Positions 40,981 through 49,927 of a stretch of DNA of 64,000 bases are shown in pieces. The notes under the pieces were generated by a model. It made no database searches. It worked only from the letters and a program-made list of their open reading frames with translations, and was not told the DNA's origin. The stretch covers positions 10,231 to 74,230 of IMG/VR virus record IMGVR_UViG_3300017978_000305. One strand, given 5' to 3'. Position numbers and translations under genes: made by a program. The DNA is from a virus. Position 1 is the stretch's first letter. Every line of letters begins with the position of its first letter.

Positions 40981-42393
40981 ATGAAGATTTTTGGGTATAA
41001 CGAAACCTCTCATGATGCTGCTGCAGCTTTGATTGACGGACCGTCTATTCTATTCGCAGGGCACGCAGAAAGATATAGCAAGACTAAGAATGATTGGTAT
41101 GTAAATAGCGAACTTGTGCAGGATGCTGTATCTTATGGAGTACCAGACAAGATAGCGTATTACGAAAAGCCATTGTTAAAAAAGCTTAGGTTGCTACTCC
41201 GTGGCGGTGCAGCTGACTGGAAGCCCTCTATAAAGTACAACAAGTCTTTTGAGCATCACTATGCTCACGCAGCTGCAGGGTACTACACAAGCCCATTTCA
41301 GGATGCTATAGTCGTTGTACTAGATGCAATTGGAGAGTTTACAACCTCTAGTGTTTGGCAAGCTAATGGAGAAGAGATAAAGCTATACAAGAAGTGGTCA
41401 TATCCATACAGCTTTGGGCTATTCTACTCGGCATTCACTGACCTTATTGGTCTCAAGCCAAACGAAGAAGAGTATATCATGATGGGCATGGCTGGCTATG
41501 GAGATGCAGAAAAGTATTATGATAAAGTTGGGGATTACTTTCCAAGCGTCTACACTCAAAAGTATAACTTTCATAAAGGTATTTGGGATTGGGGTCAAGA
41601 GATATCTGAGCAAGATAGGTTTGACATTGCAGCAGCAGTTCAAGCAGTCTATGAGGATAGGCTTTGGGACTTTATGTTTGCCATGAGGCAAGAGCTTCGC
41701 AGCCCGAACCTGGTTTTCATGGGTGGCTGTGCATTAAACAGCAAGGCCAACACCCTTTTGTGGGAGCTGTTCTCTGATGTCTGGATTATGCCAAACCCAG
41801 GAGACGCTGGTTCATCACTAGGTGCAGCAGCTGCTATGTATGGAAAGCATTTAGACTGGAAGGGTCCATACCTTGGATATGATCTTGGAGGAGAGTATCC
41901 AGTAGAAGAAATATTCAAAGAGCTTATGGAGAATCAAATTGTTGCAGTAGCTACTGGACGTGCAGAGTTTGGTCCAAGAGCACTAGGCAACAGAAGTATT
42001 CTGGCTGATCCACGTGACCCTAATATTAAAGATAAGGTTAACAGGATTAAGAAGCGAGAGCTCTTCAGACCATTCGCACCAGTCATTATGGCAGAGCATG
42101 CATCTGAGTGGTTTGATATGGACTATGAATCTCCTTACATGCAGTACACGCCAAAATGTCTGAAGCCTGACTTAATCCCATCTGTCGTTCACGTTGATGG
42201 AACTTCCAGGGTACAAACAGTAACAGCAGAGCAACACCCAGGGTTGTATCAGGTTCTTAAAAAGTTTTACGAGGAAACTGGAGTTCCAGTTCTACTCAAC
42301 ACTAGCTTGAACATAAAGGGACAGCCACTACTAAATGATGAGCATGATATAATTGCTTGGGAAAAACAATATAAGACAAGGATTGTACGATGA
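40981..42393 (+). CDS. NodU/CmcH-family carbamoyltransferase
   Basis: 'HDAAAAL', 'AERYSKTK', 'HHYAHAAAGY', 'VLDAIGE', 'GGCALN', 'GRAEFGPRALGNRSILADP', 'NTSLN'. Confidence 0.93.
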   Translation: MKIFGYNETSHDAAAALIDGPSILFAGHAERYSKTKNDWYVNSELVQDAVSYGVPDKIAYYEKPLLKKLRLLLRGGAADWKPSIKYNKSFEHHYAHAAAGYYTSPFQDAIVVVLDAIGEFTTSSVWQANGEEIKLYKKWSYPYSFGLFYSAFTDLIGLKPNEEEYIMMGMAGYGDAEKYYDKVGDYFPSVYTQKYNFHKGIWDWGQEISEQDRFDIAAAVQAVYEDRLWDFMFAMRQELRSPNLVFMGGCALNSKANTLLWELFSDVWIMPNPGDAGSSLGAAAAMYGKHLDWKGPYLGYDLGGEYPVEEIFKELMENQIVAVATGRAEFGPRALGNRSILADPRDPNIKDKVNRIKKRELFRPFAPVIMAEHASEWFDMDYESPYMQYTPKCLKPDLIPSVVHVDGTSRVQTVTAEQHPGLYQVLKKFYEETGVPVLLNTSLNIKGQPLLNDEHDIIAWEKQYKTRIVR

Positions 42394-43034
42394 ATTATGA
42401 AATTTTAGACTTAGGTCTTGTTTACTACAAAGACATTATCAAGGATCCAGACAAGATCATTAATAGCATTGAGTCTCTTGATGAAAGGTTTATGTCTAAC
42501 GAACACAAAGACGCAGAAACTTTTGTGAAGCCATGGACCCCATGGTCTTATGGAGAAACAATTTTTAATATGCAAAAGTTTTTTCCAGAGTCTCATGAGA
42601 TTAGCAACACTGACTACTATGCAACAGAGATGAAGGAGATTGCAAACAGTCTCTATGGATCTTTGCACGAAGCATACACACACTATTCTGAAGTGATCTA
42701 TCCGTTTGCAAAGAACAATATTAAGTCTAGAGAGTATAGCATCCATCTTCTAAAGTATGGCGTTGGTGGCCACTTGCCAGCACACCAGGACCAGGGGGTT
42801 TCTACCAGAGTTCTTTCGTCTGTGATGTATCTAAACGATAACTATGATGGTGGAGAGATTGAGTTCTCTCAGTCAGGGGTAAAGATTAAGCCAGAGGCAG
42901 GAAGCATAATCTTCTTCCCATCTAACTTCCTTTATGTCCACGAGGTTCACCCAATCACTGCTGGATTTAGATATTCTATGCCACACTGGTATCACAATAC
43001 AAAGCAAATGCTCACGTCGAATGGCGATGAGTGA
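42390..43034 (+). CDS. Prolyl-4-hydroxylase-like 2OG-Fe(II) oxygenase
   Basis: 'PAHQD', 'VMYLNDNYDGGE', 'HEVHPITAGFRY'. Confidence 0.85.
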   Translation: MNYEILDLGLVYYKDIIKDPDKIINSIESLDERFMSNEHKDAETFVKPWTPWSYGETIFNMQKFFPESHEISNTDYYATEMKEIANSLYGSLHEAYTHYSEVIYPFAKNNIKSREYSIHLLKYGVGGHLPAHQDQGVSTRVLSSVMYLNDNYDGGEIEFSQSGVKIKPEAGSIIFFPSNFLYVHEVHPITAGFRYSMPHWYHNTKQMLTSNGDE

Positions 43035-43060
43035 TATAATTGTCTCTGAAAGGAGATATT

Positions 43061-43720
43061 ATGGCCAAATATCAATATCCAATTGACGGAATTCCAGGCA
43101 AAGCTTGGAAAGTCAAGAGCAAGATGGGTTGGAGAATCCACCCAGTAAAGAATGAAAAGAAGCACCACAATGGTACAGACATCGTTCCTGGAAACATTAA
43201 GGGACCAGTATACATTGAAGCAGCTTTTCCAGGCAAGGTTATCTACGCAGGTCCATCAAAGGTAAAGAAGTCCAATGGTGAGCCAGATGGCTTTGGCTAT
43301 TATGTAAAGATTGCATCTCTAATTGATGGTGAGTGGTACAGCCACTTGTACGCACACCTAGAGAAGGGCTCTTTGCAGGTTAAGACAGGCGACAAGGTTC
43401 TTGCAGGTAAGGTTCTAGGCAAGATGGGAACCTCTGGAATGTCAACTGGTGTACACCTACACTGGGAGATCTGGAAGGGCAAGGAGCATGGCTGGTCTGC
43501 AGACGGATCTGGTTTTGTTGAGCCTATTGAGTTTACAAAGGCACTTATCCAGGCAGAGAAGGCTAAGAACTTTGCTAAGGAAGCCACTCCAGAAGATGCT
43601 CCAGTAGCTGATGATGGAATTAGAGAAGCAAAGAAGCCAGCCGCTAAGCCAGCAGCCAAGAAGCCTGCAGCAAAAAAAGCATCAGGCGGAGGCTCCGCAA
43701 TGCCTCACCAAGTTCAGTAA
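43061..43720 (+). CDS. M23 family peptidase (putative endolysin) with a Lys/Ala-rich tail
   Basis: 'HHNGTD', 'YAHL', 'STGVHLHWE' zinc-binding motifs; AGGAG RBS before ATG 43061. Confidence 0.88.
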   Translation: MAKYQYPIDGIPGKAWKVKSKMGWRIHPVKNEKKHHNGTDIVPGNIKGPVYIEAAFPGKVIYAGPSKVKKSNGEPDGFGYYVKIASLIDGEWYSHLYAHLEKGSLQVKTGDKVLAGKVLGKMGTSGMSTGVHLHWEIWKGKEHGWSADGSGFVEPIEFTKALIQAEKAKNFAKEATPEDAPVADDGIREAKKPAAKPAAKKPAAKKASGGGSAMPHQVQ

Positions 43721-43731
43721 GAAGGAAATAA

Positions 43732-43908
43732 ATGCCAGCATACGATTATCAGTGTAAGTCTTGTAACTCAGTCATGTCTGTGACTAGGTCTATGTCAGAT
43801 CCAGATCCAGGCTATCTGTGCAAGGAGTGTGACTTGTTGATGATAAGAGTATTCTCCGTTGGAGCAGTAACTTTCAACGGTAGTGGTTTTTACAGGACAG
43901 ACAAGTAG
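43732..43908 (+). CDS. FmdB-family zinc-ribbon protein (not in the ORF track)
   Basis: MPAYDYQCKSC...LCKEC...FNGSGFYRTDK, 58 aa. Confidence 0.8.
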   Translation: MPAYDYQCKSCNSVMSVTRSMSDPDPGYLCKECDLLMIRVFSVGAVTFNGSGFYRTDK

Positions 43909-43910
43909 TC

Positions 43911-44432
43911 GTGGTAATCCCAGTAGGACAAGTATGCCAAGCCTTTGATCCAATCATGTGCTTGCCAGAAAAGACTGCTGGGATTATCTCTGACCCAATG
44001 AGGGCGAATACTTCTTGTCTGGCTCCTGCGTCTGTTTATCTGGAGGGTACACGAGGAAAGCGTTTCCTTTGTGACTACCACTTCCATTATGAAAAGGATA
44101 TGACACTAGCTAGAACCCCAGAACAGTGGGACAAGATTGCTGAAATAGTTATTGATAACAGAGAGCAACTAAAGCAGGGATTCCCAAAGACAGATACTAA
44201 TCTAATATCTTCTTTTAAAAACTGTTGGTGTGGAAATCCAACGACATATGTTATGCTTATTTCCAAAATAGATCATGGCAAAACATTTTTCTGTACATTC
44301 CACTATCATAAAATTTTATACAGGTACATGTCAAACAGCATAGATCTTAATCGTGACTACGATGTCTACGATGAAAGATGGAGAATGCAGCCATCGCTTG
44401 CTGAGGAGGCAGACTCTCTTAATGTTATCTAA
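43911..44432 (+). CDS. Cys/His-rich protein with two C..C..FCxxH modules
   Basis: 'FLCDYH' and 'CWCGNP...FFCTFH'. Confidence 0.5.
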   Translation: MVIPVGQVCQAFDPIMCLPEKTAGIISDPMRANTSCLAPASVYLEGTRGKRFLCDYHFHYEKDMTLARTPEQWDKIAEIVIDNREQLKQGFPKTDTNLISSFKNCWCGNPTTYVMLISKIDHGKTFFCTFHYHKILYRYMSNSIDLNRDYDVYDERWRMQPSLAEEADSLNVI

Positions 44433-44474
44433 TAAGCTGTTGTGCTTATTGGATATCTCTAGTATAATTGAGTA

Positions 44475-44732
44475 ATGATTATGAATGAAACTCTAGACAC
44501 TAAGAATGAAATCCAGCCACTATCAGCATTAGACAGGTGTGACTACTCTGCCTGCAGTGCACAAGCTTACGTTAGAGCAATCGGAGTCACAGGAGACTTG
44601 CTGTTCTGCTCTCATCACTACAATAAAATTACACAAACCCCTAGTGGCCTAGAGAAGATGAACAACTTTGCCTATCAGATTATTGACGAAAGAGATAGGC
44701 TGATAGAGAACAGATTGGTTGGGGAAAACTAA
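44475..44732 (+). CDS. Small Cys/His protein (DUF7455-like)
   Basis: 'DRCD...CSAQAYV...LLFCSHHY'. Confidence 0.55.
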   Translation: MIMNETLDTKNEIQPLSALDRCDYSACSAQAYVRAIGVTGDLLFCSHHYNKITQTPSGLEKMNNFAYQIIDERDRLIENRLVGEN

Positions 44733-45499
44733 TGATTATTCAGTTTATAGGTTTGCCAGGAGCAGGCAAGACAACAATTGCAGATGCCCTGAGAGATAGG
44801 ATTAATGGACTACACATTAATGCAGATGATGTGCGGAATGGAATTAGCAGAGACCTTGGTTTCTCTATTGAAGATAGAATTGAGAATGCTCGTAGGCTAG
44901 GAGAGCTTGCTAGACTAATGGAGCGTAAGCAAGACAAGCCAGTAATCGTTGACTTTGTTGCTCCTACTGAGGCTACAAGACTAGCCTTTGGACCTGCAGA
45001 CATCGTTGTGTGGGTAGATACGATTAGCTCTAGCAGGTTTGATGATACGAATGCCATGTGGGAAGAGCCAAAACAATACGATCACAGGATTACAAATACT
45101 GGAGATAATCATCAGGATCAGATCTCAACAAGGGCATTTACTATTATTCAAAAGTTTAACCTGTTTGATTGGAAAGCAGATACCGTGCTAATGCTTGGTA
45201 GGTACCAGCCTTGGCACGAGGGCCACAGGGCATTGTATGATGAGGGAACCAAGAGGGCAAAGCAGGTTGTCGTTGGTGTTAGGCACACAAAGGGGATGAC
45301 AGAGAAAGATCCTCTAACTTATGAGGAGGTCTCAGACTTCGTTAAGCAAGACGTTCCAAATGCAATTCTACTCAAGATGCCAAACTTTAAGCATATAATT
45401 TACGGTAGAGATGTCGGATACTCTGTTGAAAAGATAGATCTTTCTCCAGAGATTGAAGAGATTTCTGCAACACAAAAAAGAAAAGAGATGGGAATTTAA
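44732..45499 (+). CDS. cysC: Adenylyl-sulfate kinase (CysC-like) fused to an HxGH nucleotidyltransferase domain
   Basis: 'GLPGAGKTT', 'ADDVR...DLGFS.EDR.EN.RR' APS-kinase motifs; C-terminal 'GRYQPWHEGH'. Confidence 0.75.
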   Translation: MIIQFIGLPGAGKTTIADALRDRINGLHINADDVRNGISRDLGFSIEDRIENARRLGELARLMERKQDKPVIVDFVAPTEATRLAFGPADIVVWVDTISSSRFDDTNAMWEEPKQYDHRITNTGDNHQDQISTRAFTIIQKFNLFDWKADTVLMLGRYQPWHEGHRALYDEGTKRAKQVVVGVRHTKGMTEKDPLTYEEVSDFVKQDVPNAILLKMPNFKHIIYGRDVGYSVEKIDLSPEIEEISATQKRKEMGI

Positions 45500-45502
45500 C
45501 TT

Positions 45503-46018
45503 ATGATTATTCAGATGTTTGGAATGGATGTTGCTACAAGAGAGTCCATAGGCAAGGCTGTAGCTAAGTCAGTAGATGCTTGGTACTTGGACAGTAGAGA
45601 TTTGCCAATGGGTCACACACAGCCTCAGCAGGCTAGGTGGCTTCGTGTAGTCTCTAAGATATTTGACAGAAACTACCACGGTGACATTATTACAAGTGGA
45701 TACTTTGCTACAGCTGAAGCTAGAGAGCAGTACAAGATTGAAGAGGGTAGAATTATGCCAGACCTTTCGATCTATGTAGACACAATTCCACACGAAGACT
45801 TTGACAAAATTCCTGGCTATCTTGAGAGGGTTGTTCACAATGTTGATAACCATGCTCAGAATGAGATGCAGGAGCTAAGCTTTTGGGAAGACCCAGAGCC
45901 TACAGAATATGACATTCATATCACTGTTGAGAGCAAGCAGAGAGAAGACTTCTTACAGTTCTGGGTTGACACAATTGTTAAAGAGATCCAGGGCTGGCAT
46001 GACAGAAACAAACGTTAG
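45503..46018 (+). CDS. Degenerate paralogue of the APS-kinase domain (P-loop lost)
   Basis: N-terminus 'MIIQMFGMDVATRESIG' parallels 'MIIQFIGLPGAGKTTIA'; both have 'YVDT/WVDT' and 'W.(E)P..YD'. Confidence 0.5.
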   Translation: MIIQMFGMDVATRESIGKAVAKSVDAWYLDSRDLPMGHTQPQQARWLRVVSKIFDRNYHGDIITSGYFATAEAREQYKIEEGRIMPDLSIYVDTIPHEDFDKIPGYLERVVHNVDNHAQNEMQELSFWEDPEPTEYDIHITVESKQREDFLQFWVDTIVKEIQGWHDRNKR

Positions 46019-46208
46019 GTCCATAACAAAAGCACTAACATACAGATTCTGGCAAAGCCTCAATACCTTCTTGATATCTCTTGTTGTTACTGGTAGAATA
46101 GAGATGGCTGCAGCTATTGTAAGCGTAGAAGTTATAGTCAAGATAGTGATTTACTTTTGGCACGAAAGAATCTGGAGCAAGATTAGATGGGGAATAAAGA
46201 ATGTATGA
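45999..46208 (+). CDS. DUF2061-like small membrane protein
   Basis: 'RSITKALTYR...TG...K...YFWHERIW'. Confidence 0.8.
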   Translation: MTETNVRSITKALTYRFWQSLNTFLISLVVTGRIEMAAAIVSVEVIVKIVIYFWHERIWSKIRWGIKNV

Positions 46209-46602
46209 GTATTACGTAAAAGAAGTTAAGAAGGTAGTTGATGGAGACACCATTGACGTTGTAATTGACCTAGGCTTTAGTATCTTGTTTGAGTCTCGTG
46301 TTCGTCTGGCTGGCATTGATACCCCAGAGTCACGAACCACAGACAAGAACGAGAAAGCACTTGGCCTGGAATCAAAGAAGTATCTTGAAAGTCGAATCAA
46401 GGCAGCAAAGAATGTTGTTATTAAGACTGAGAAGCTAGATAGTTCTGAGAAGTATGGTCGCATTTTGGGTTGGCTTTACCTTGATGGAGAGGGCAACTCC
46501 ATTAACCATGAAATGATTGAGAAGGGTTATGCTTGGGGGTATCTTGGAGATACCAAGGTCAAAGACTTTGATGCCCTACTTGCTAAGAGAAATGCTAAAT
46601 AA
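46201..46602 (+). CDS. Thermonuclease (SNase-like)
   Basis: 'VVDGDTI', 'VRLAGIDTPE', 'KYGRILG', 'MIEKGYA'. Confidence 0.92.
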   Translation: MYEYYVKEVKKVVDGDTIDVVIDLGFSILFESRVRLAGIDTPESRTTDKNEKALGLESKKYLESRIKAAKNVVIKTEKLDSSEKYGRILGWLYLDGEGNSINHEMIEKGYAWGYLGDTKVKDFDALLAKRNAK

Positions 46603-46930
46603 CGACAGCTCAGAGGATATCCTAGATCGTCTAATACTTGACGGCATGGTTGAGGTTGCAGGCATTGACTCCGATACTGGAGATATGCTTTATTCTTTTA
46701 CTCAGAAGGCTAGAGAAGAGCTTCCAGAAGTAAAGGACGCAGCTGAGGCTTACTTCAACTCTATCATCATGTATTTTTGGGAAAATGGTTTTATATCCAT
46801 GAACATTGAAGATGAAAGTCCTGTTGTAAGTCTAAATGAAAAAGCATTTGATCAGCATGAGATAGAGCTTTTGCCATCAGAGATGAAGACAGCCCTTAAT
46901 CTTATAAAAGATGCTTTGCGAGTAGACTAA
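46592..46930 (+). CDS. Hypothetical acidic protein
   Basis: Coupled ATG at 46592 within the tracked ORF. Confidence 0.55.
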   Translation: MLNNDSSEDILDRLILDGMVEVAGIDSDTGDMLYSFTQKAREELPEVKDAAEAYFNSIIMYFWENGFISMNIEDESPVVSLNEKAFDQHEIELLPSEMKTALNLIKDALRVD

Positions 46931-46955
46931 AGATATAATTAATTAGGTGGTATAA

Positions 46956-47390
46956 GTGGAGTTTGCATTAGGTATTCTGTTTGCTATGGCAACAGTATTT
47001 TTTGTGCGTAAATTTATACTAACAGAATCGGTTATAAAGGGTAGTTCTGGGCCAAGGTTGGTCTATAGACAAAGCCATATATTTTCTTTGATCAGTCCAT
47101 ACCTGCATTACATGCCAGAGATTAGCCTACTGCCAAATACTCAGGCATACTCTCATGAAGCAAAGAACAAGCTTCGTGTTGTGTTTACTGACGATAAGGC
47201 ATACTGGATTAAGAATAATGCTTTCTACCAAGCAGATCTTGTTGATGGTCTTGTTGATGAATCTACTACAAAAGTAGTTGACACAATGAGTATGGATAAG
47301 GTAGAATTAGATAAGATGGTTTTTATTGTTCAGCAACTTACGGAAGGTATGACAAATGATGGTGGGAGTCCAGGGGTCCAAGGCCTTTAA
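46956..47390 (+). CDS. Hypothetical protein with an N-terminal TM helix
   Basis: 144 aa; hydrophobic N-terminus. Confidence 0.55.
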   Translation: MEFALGILFAMATVFFVRKFILTESVIKGSSGPRLVYRQSHIFSLISPYLHYMPEISLLPNTQAYSHEAKNKLRVVFTDDKAYWIKNNAFYQADLVDGLVDESTTKVVDTMSMDKVELDKMVFIVQQLTEGMTNDGGSPGVQGL

Positions 47391-47712
47391 TGACTATGCA
47401 GTCTTTCTATCTGGAATGGCACTAGTCCTTAGACGACTGAAGGATCAAGATACTGAGCTAACTATATTCTCTGCAGGGCCAAAGCGTGTAAGCGATATGG
47501 CACTAGAGTTTGTTAACGTATCAAACTTTAAGTCTAGAGGAATCACAGCAAAGGTTGTTAGAGTTCCTGAGAAGTGGCTAAAAGAAAATCACTATAAGCT
47601 AGAGATGTTTAGCTACTTTGCAAATGACAAAGAAACATTCTCTGAGCTTGTTAATTTTCTAGACAGCAAAGATGTCGATGTACAAGTACATAGATATCAT
47701 GTTGCTAGATAA
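47356..47712 (+). CDS. SLOG/YspA-like fold protein
   Basis: 'VGVQGSKAFNDY...IFSAG' resembles the SLOG 'v.GSR.f.Dy' start. Confidence 0.45.
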   Translation: MMVGVQGSKAFNDYAVFLSGMALVLRRLKDQDTELTIFSAGPKRVSDMALEFVNVSNFKSRGITAKVVRVPEKWLKENHYKLEMFSYFANDKETFSELVNFLDSKDVDVQVHRYHVAR

Positions 47713-47765
47713 CCCTGTGCGGATTATGCACGGTAATAATATAAATAAAATCAAAACATACAGGA

Positions 47766-47981
47766 GTGATCATGTTAGTTAAATCACTTAAGAAAATGGA
47801 AGAGATCGTTGCAAACGACAAGTCTCTTTCATGGCGTGGCTGGGATGTAGTACATCGCATACCAAATCCTACTGCCTGGTCTAAGCCAGACGGTGCCTTT
47901 TATAAGGGTAGGTGGTACATTCAAAAGATATTTGTTGTGTCCACTGAGGGCTGGGAGATTCCAAATAAGCTTGTGAGGTAG
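47766..47981 (+). CDS. Hypothetical protein
   Basis: 71 aa, AGGAG RBS. Confidence 0.55.
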   Translation: MIMLVKSLKKMEEIVANDKSLSWRGWDVVHRIPNPTAWSKPDGAFYKGRWYIQKIFVVSTEGWEIPNKLVR

Positions 47982-47984
47982 CAA

Positions 47985-48272
47985 ATGCAATCTCACAGAT
48001 GGAAAGAGGCAGCGTCCTGTAAGGATTATGACTGGAATCTATTCTTTGACAAGTATGAAGAAGACACTCTTCTTAGAGGTGCTATTGATCAGCTATGTTC
48101 GGATTGTCCAGTTGCACGACAGTGCTTTGCGGTTGGAGTGTCTCAAAAGGAATGGGGCGTTTGGGGTGGGGTATATCTCGAAGGCGGAAAGATTTCTAGA
48201 GAGTTTAACAATCACAGGAAAAAGCAGCAATGGGCAGAGACTTGGAAGTATCTGACAATGGATAGGAAATAG
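47985..48272 (+). CDS. whiB: WhiB-family Fe-S transcription factor
   Basis: 4 Cys (C...CSDC...C) plus 'GVWGG'. Confidence 0.88.
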   Translation: MQSHRWKEAASCKDYDWNLFFDKYEEDTLLRGAIDQLCSDCPVARQCFAVGVSQKEWGVWGGVYLEGGKISREFNNHRKKQQWAETWKYLTMDRK

Positions 48273-48273
48273 A

Positions 48274-48510
48274 ATGTATACAGATGATATGCGTAGAGCT
48301 TTTCATTCTTTAACGCCACCTAAAAACTTTGCGTTGCAGATTATTGATCATGACCATTTTCTAACCGTCAAGGCAAGCGAGAGACAGTTCATGGGGCTGC
48401 TTGACGAAGATAAGCGTAGTGCTGTAGAGTACATGATAAGGGTTAAGAAGGCTCTTGAAGACAATGGTGCAATAGTTCTGTTGGTTAGAGAGGGTGGAGA
48501 AGAGCTATGA
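48274..48510 (+). CDS. Hypothetical protein
   Basis: 78 aa coupled ORF. Confidence 0.6.
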   Translation: MYTDDMRRAFHSLTPPKNFALQIIDHDHFLTVKASERQFMGLLDEDKRSAVEYMIRVKKALEDNGAIVLLVREGGEEL

Positions 48511-48887
48511 TAATTACAGTAGAAGCTATTATAATTGCAATACTTTTCTTTGTATCTTTTGTGTCAGTGGCGTATGCTGTAAGGCAAAAGCTACAGGTTA
48601 TAAAGGTGACAACTTCTATTGCACAGCTTGTGATAGACAAGTCTGCACTACAAGAAGAATTAGATAGACTATCTTTTATATCCTCTAATAGTACTGACAT
48701 AGAGAATGGGTTTGTCAAGTTCTTGTCAGAGACAAGGGAGAGTGCATACGAATATATTCAGCAGGTCCAGTCAACCATTGAGAGCCTTAGGGCTGCCATG
48801 TTGTCTGGAAGCGATGATGACATAGCTAAGCACTACCAGGAGCTTGTATCGTTCTTGCCAGCTAAGGAAGACGGTAGCAGCCTATGA
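48507..48887 (+). CDS. Membrane-anchored coiled-coil protein
   Basis: N-terminal TM helix, helical remainder. Confidence 0.55.
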   Translation: MIITVEAIIIAILFFVSFVSVAYAVRQKLQVIKVTTSIAQLVIDKSALQEELDRLSFISSNSTDIENGFVKFLSETRESAYEYIQQVQSTIESLRAAMLSGSDDDIAKHYQELVSFLPAKEDGSSL

Positions 48888-49822
48888 GAAAAGCCTTTGT
48901 TGATCAGTATATGGTTAGGTCGTTAGTGACCACAATCAATGGGAATCTGAAGGGTAGAAGGCCTGACCAGATTCCTCCACTTATTGATGGATATAGGACT
49001 ATGTATCATGACAAGGATCTTGCTCCTAGGCTTGCATCAAACATCTTAAAAGATCATACAGTTCCTGGAGAAGACATAGAGTATAAGCTCAATGAAGATT
49101 TCTTTAGGTCTGAAACGTTTAAGAAGCTAGATCCAAGCTTTATCAATATTGTAGTTGCAGGGTGTTCCTGGACCTTTGGACAGGGTGTTCCAGCAACTCA
49201 TACATGGCATGCATTGCTTGGTAAGCATATTGAGAATAAGCTTGGGAAGCCTGTTAAGGTTCATAATCTTGGTATTATGGGAGGCTCTTCGCACCTTGCT
49301 ATAAAGAATGTTATTTCTTTTATTGAGCTATATGGAAAGCCAGATTATGTATTCTTTGCATTTCCTGGCTGGTATAGAGACATTGGCTTTAACAAAATAG
49401 GAACCTTTGCAATGAATGTTTCTACAGCAATGCCATCAAATAAAGATAAGGATGAGCAGGAAGTTATTAAAAACTTTGTGAATAGGTTTGACGAACTCTC
49501 TTCCAAGAATGCATTCTTTACTCAGATTCATTTAACAGAGCTATATCTAAATTCTGCAGGAATAAACTTCCGATGGATTATGACATCCCTAAACGGAGAA
49601 GATCTTTCTGAAGCCTTTGGGTTCTCTAATCAGGTTGTAATCAATCACACCTTCTTGCCAAATACAGCGAGAAGATCTCCAACAAGCGATTTAGAAAAGC
49701 ACCCAAACGTAGATGGGCTTGAGTATTGGCAACTCGCTAAGGATGGTTTTCATCCAGGAATTGCGTGGCATGATGATGCAGCAACAACAATATTTAAGGA
49801 TCTGTTCGATGAAAATGCGTAA
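48884..49822 (+). CDS. SGNH/GDSL-fold hydrolase or acyltransferase-like protein
   Basis: Block I 'AGCSWTFG', block II 'NLGIMG', block V 'DGFHP'. Confidence 0.65.
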   Translation: MRKAFVDQYMVRSLVTTINGNLKGRRPDQIPPLIDGYRTMYHDKDLAPRLASNILKDHTVPGEDIEYKLNEDFFRSETFKKLDPSFINIVVAGCSWTFGQGVPATHTWHALLGKHIENKLGKPVKVHNLGIMGGSSHLAIKNVISFIELYGKPDYVFFAFPGWYRDIGFNKIGTFAMNVSTAMPSNKDKDEQEVIKNFVNRFDELSSKNAFFTQIHLTELYLNSAGINFRWIMTSLNGEDLSEAFGFSNQVVINHTFLPNTARRSPTSDLEKHPNVDGLEYWQLAKDGFHPGIAWHDDAATTIFKDLFDENA

Positions 49823-49916
49823 GCTTTATTTGAAGCTAAGAATGATTCTGTATATCATATTAAACTATAGGCTATACAGGAAAACAAAAAAAATGAAAGA
49901 TGATTTCATTTACTAA
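49809..49916 (+). CDS. Small basic peptide ending FIY
   Basis: MKMRKLYLKLRMILYIILNYRLYRKTKKMKDDFIY; overlaps the SGNH gene stop. Confidence 0.5.
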   Translation: MKMRKLYLKLRMILYIILNYRLYRKTKKMKDDFIY

Positions 49917-49927
49917 AAGGAGAAATA

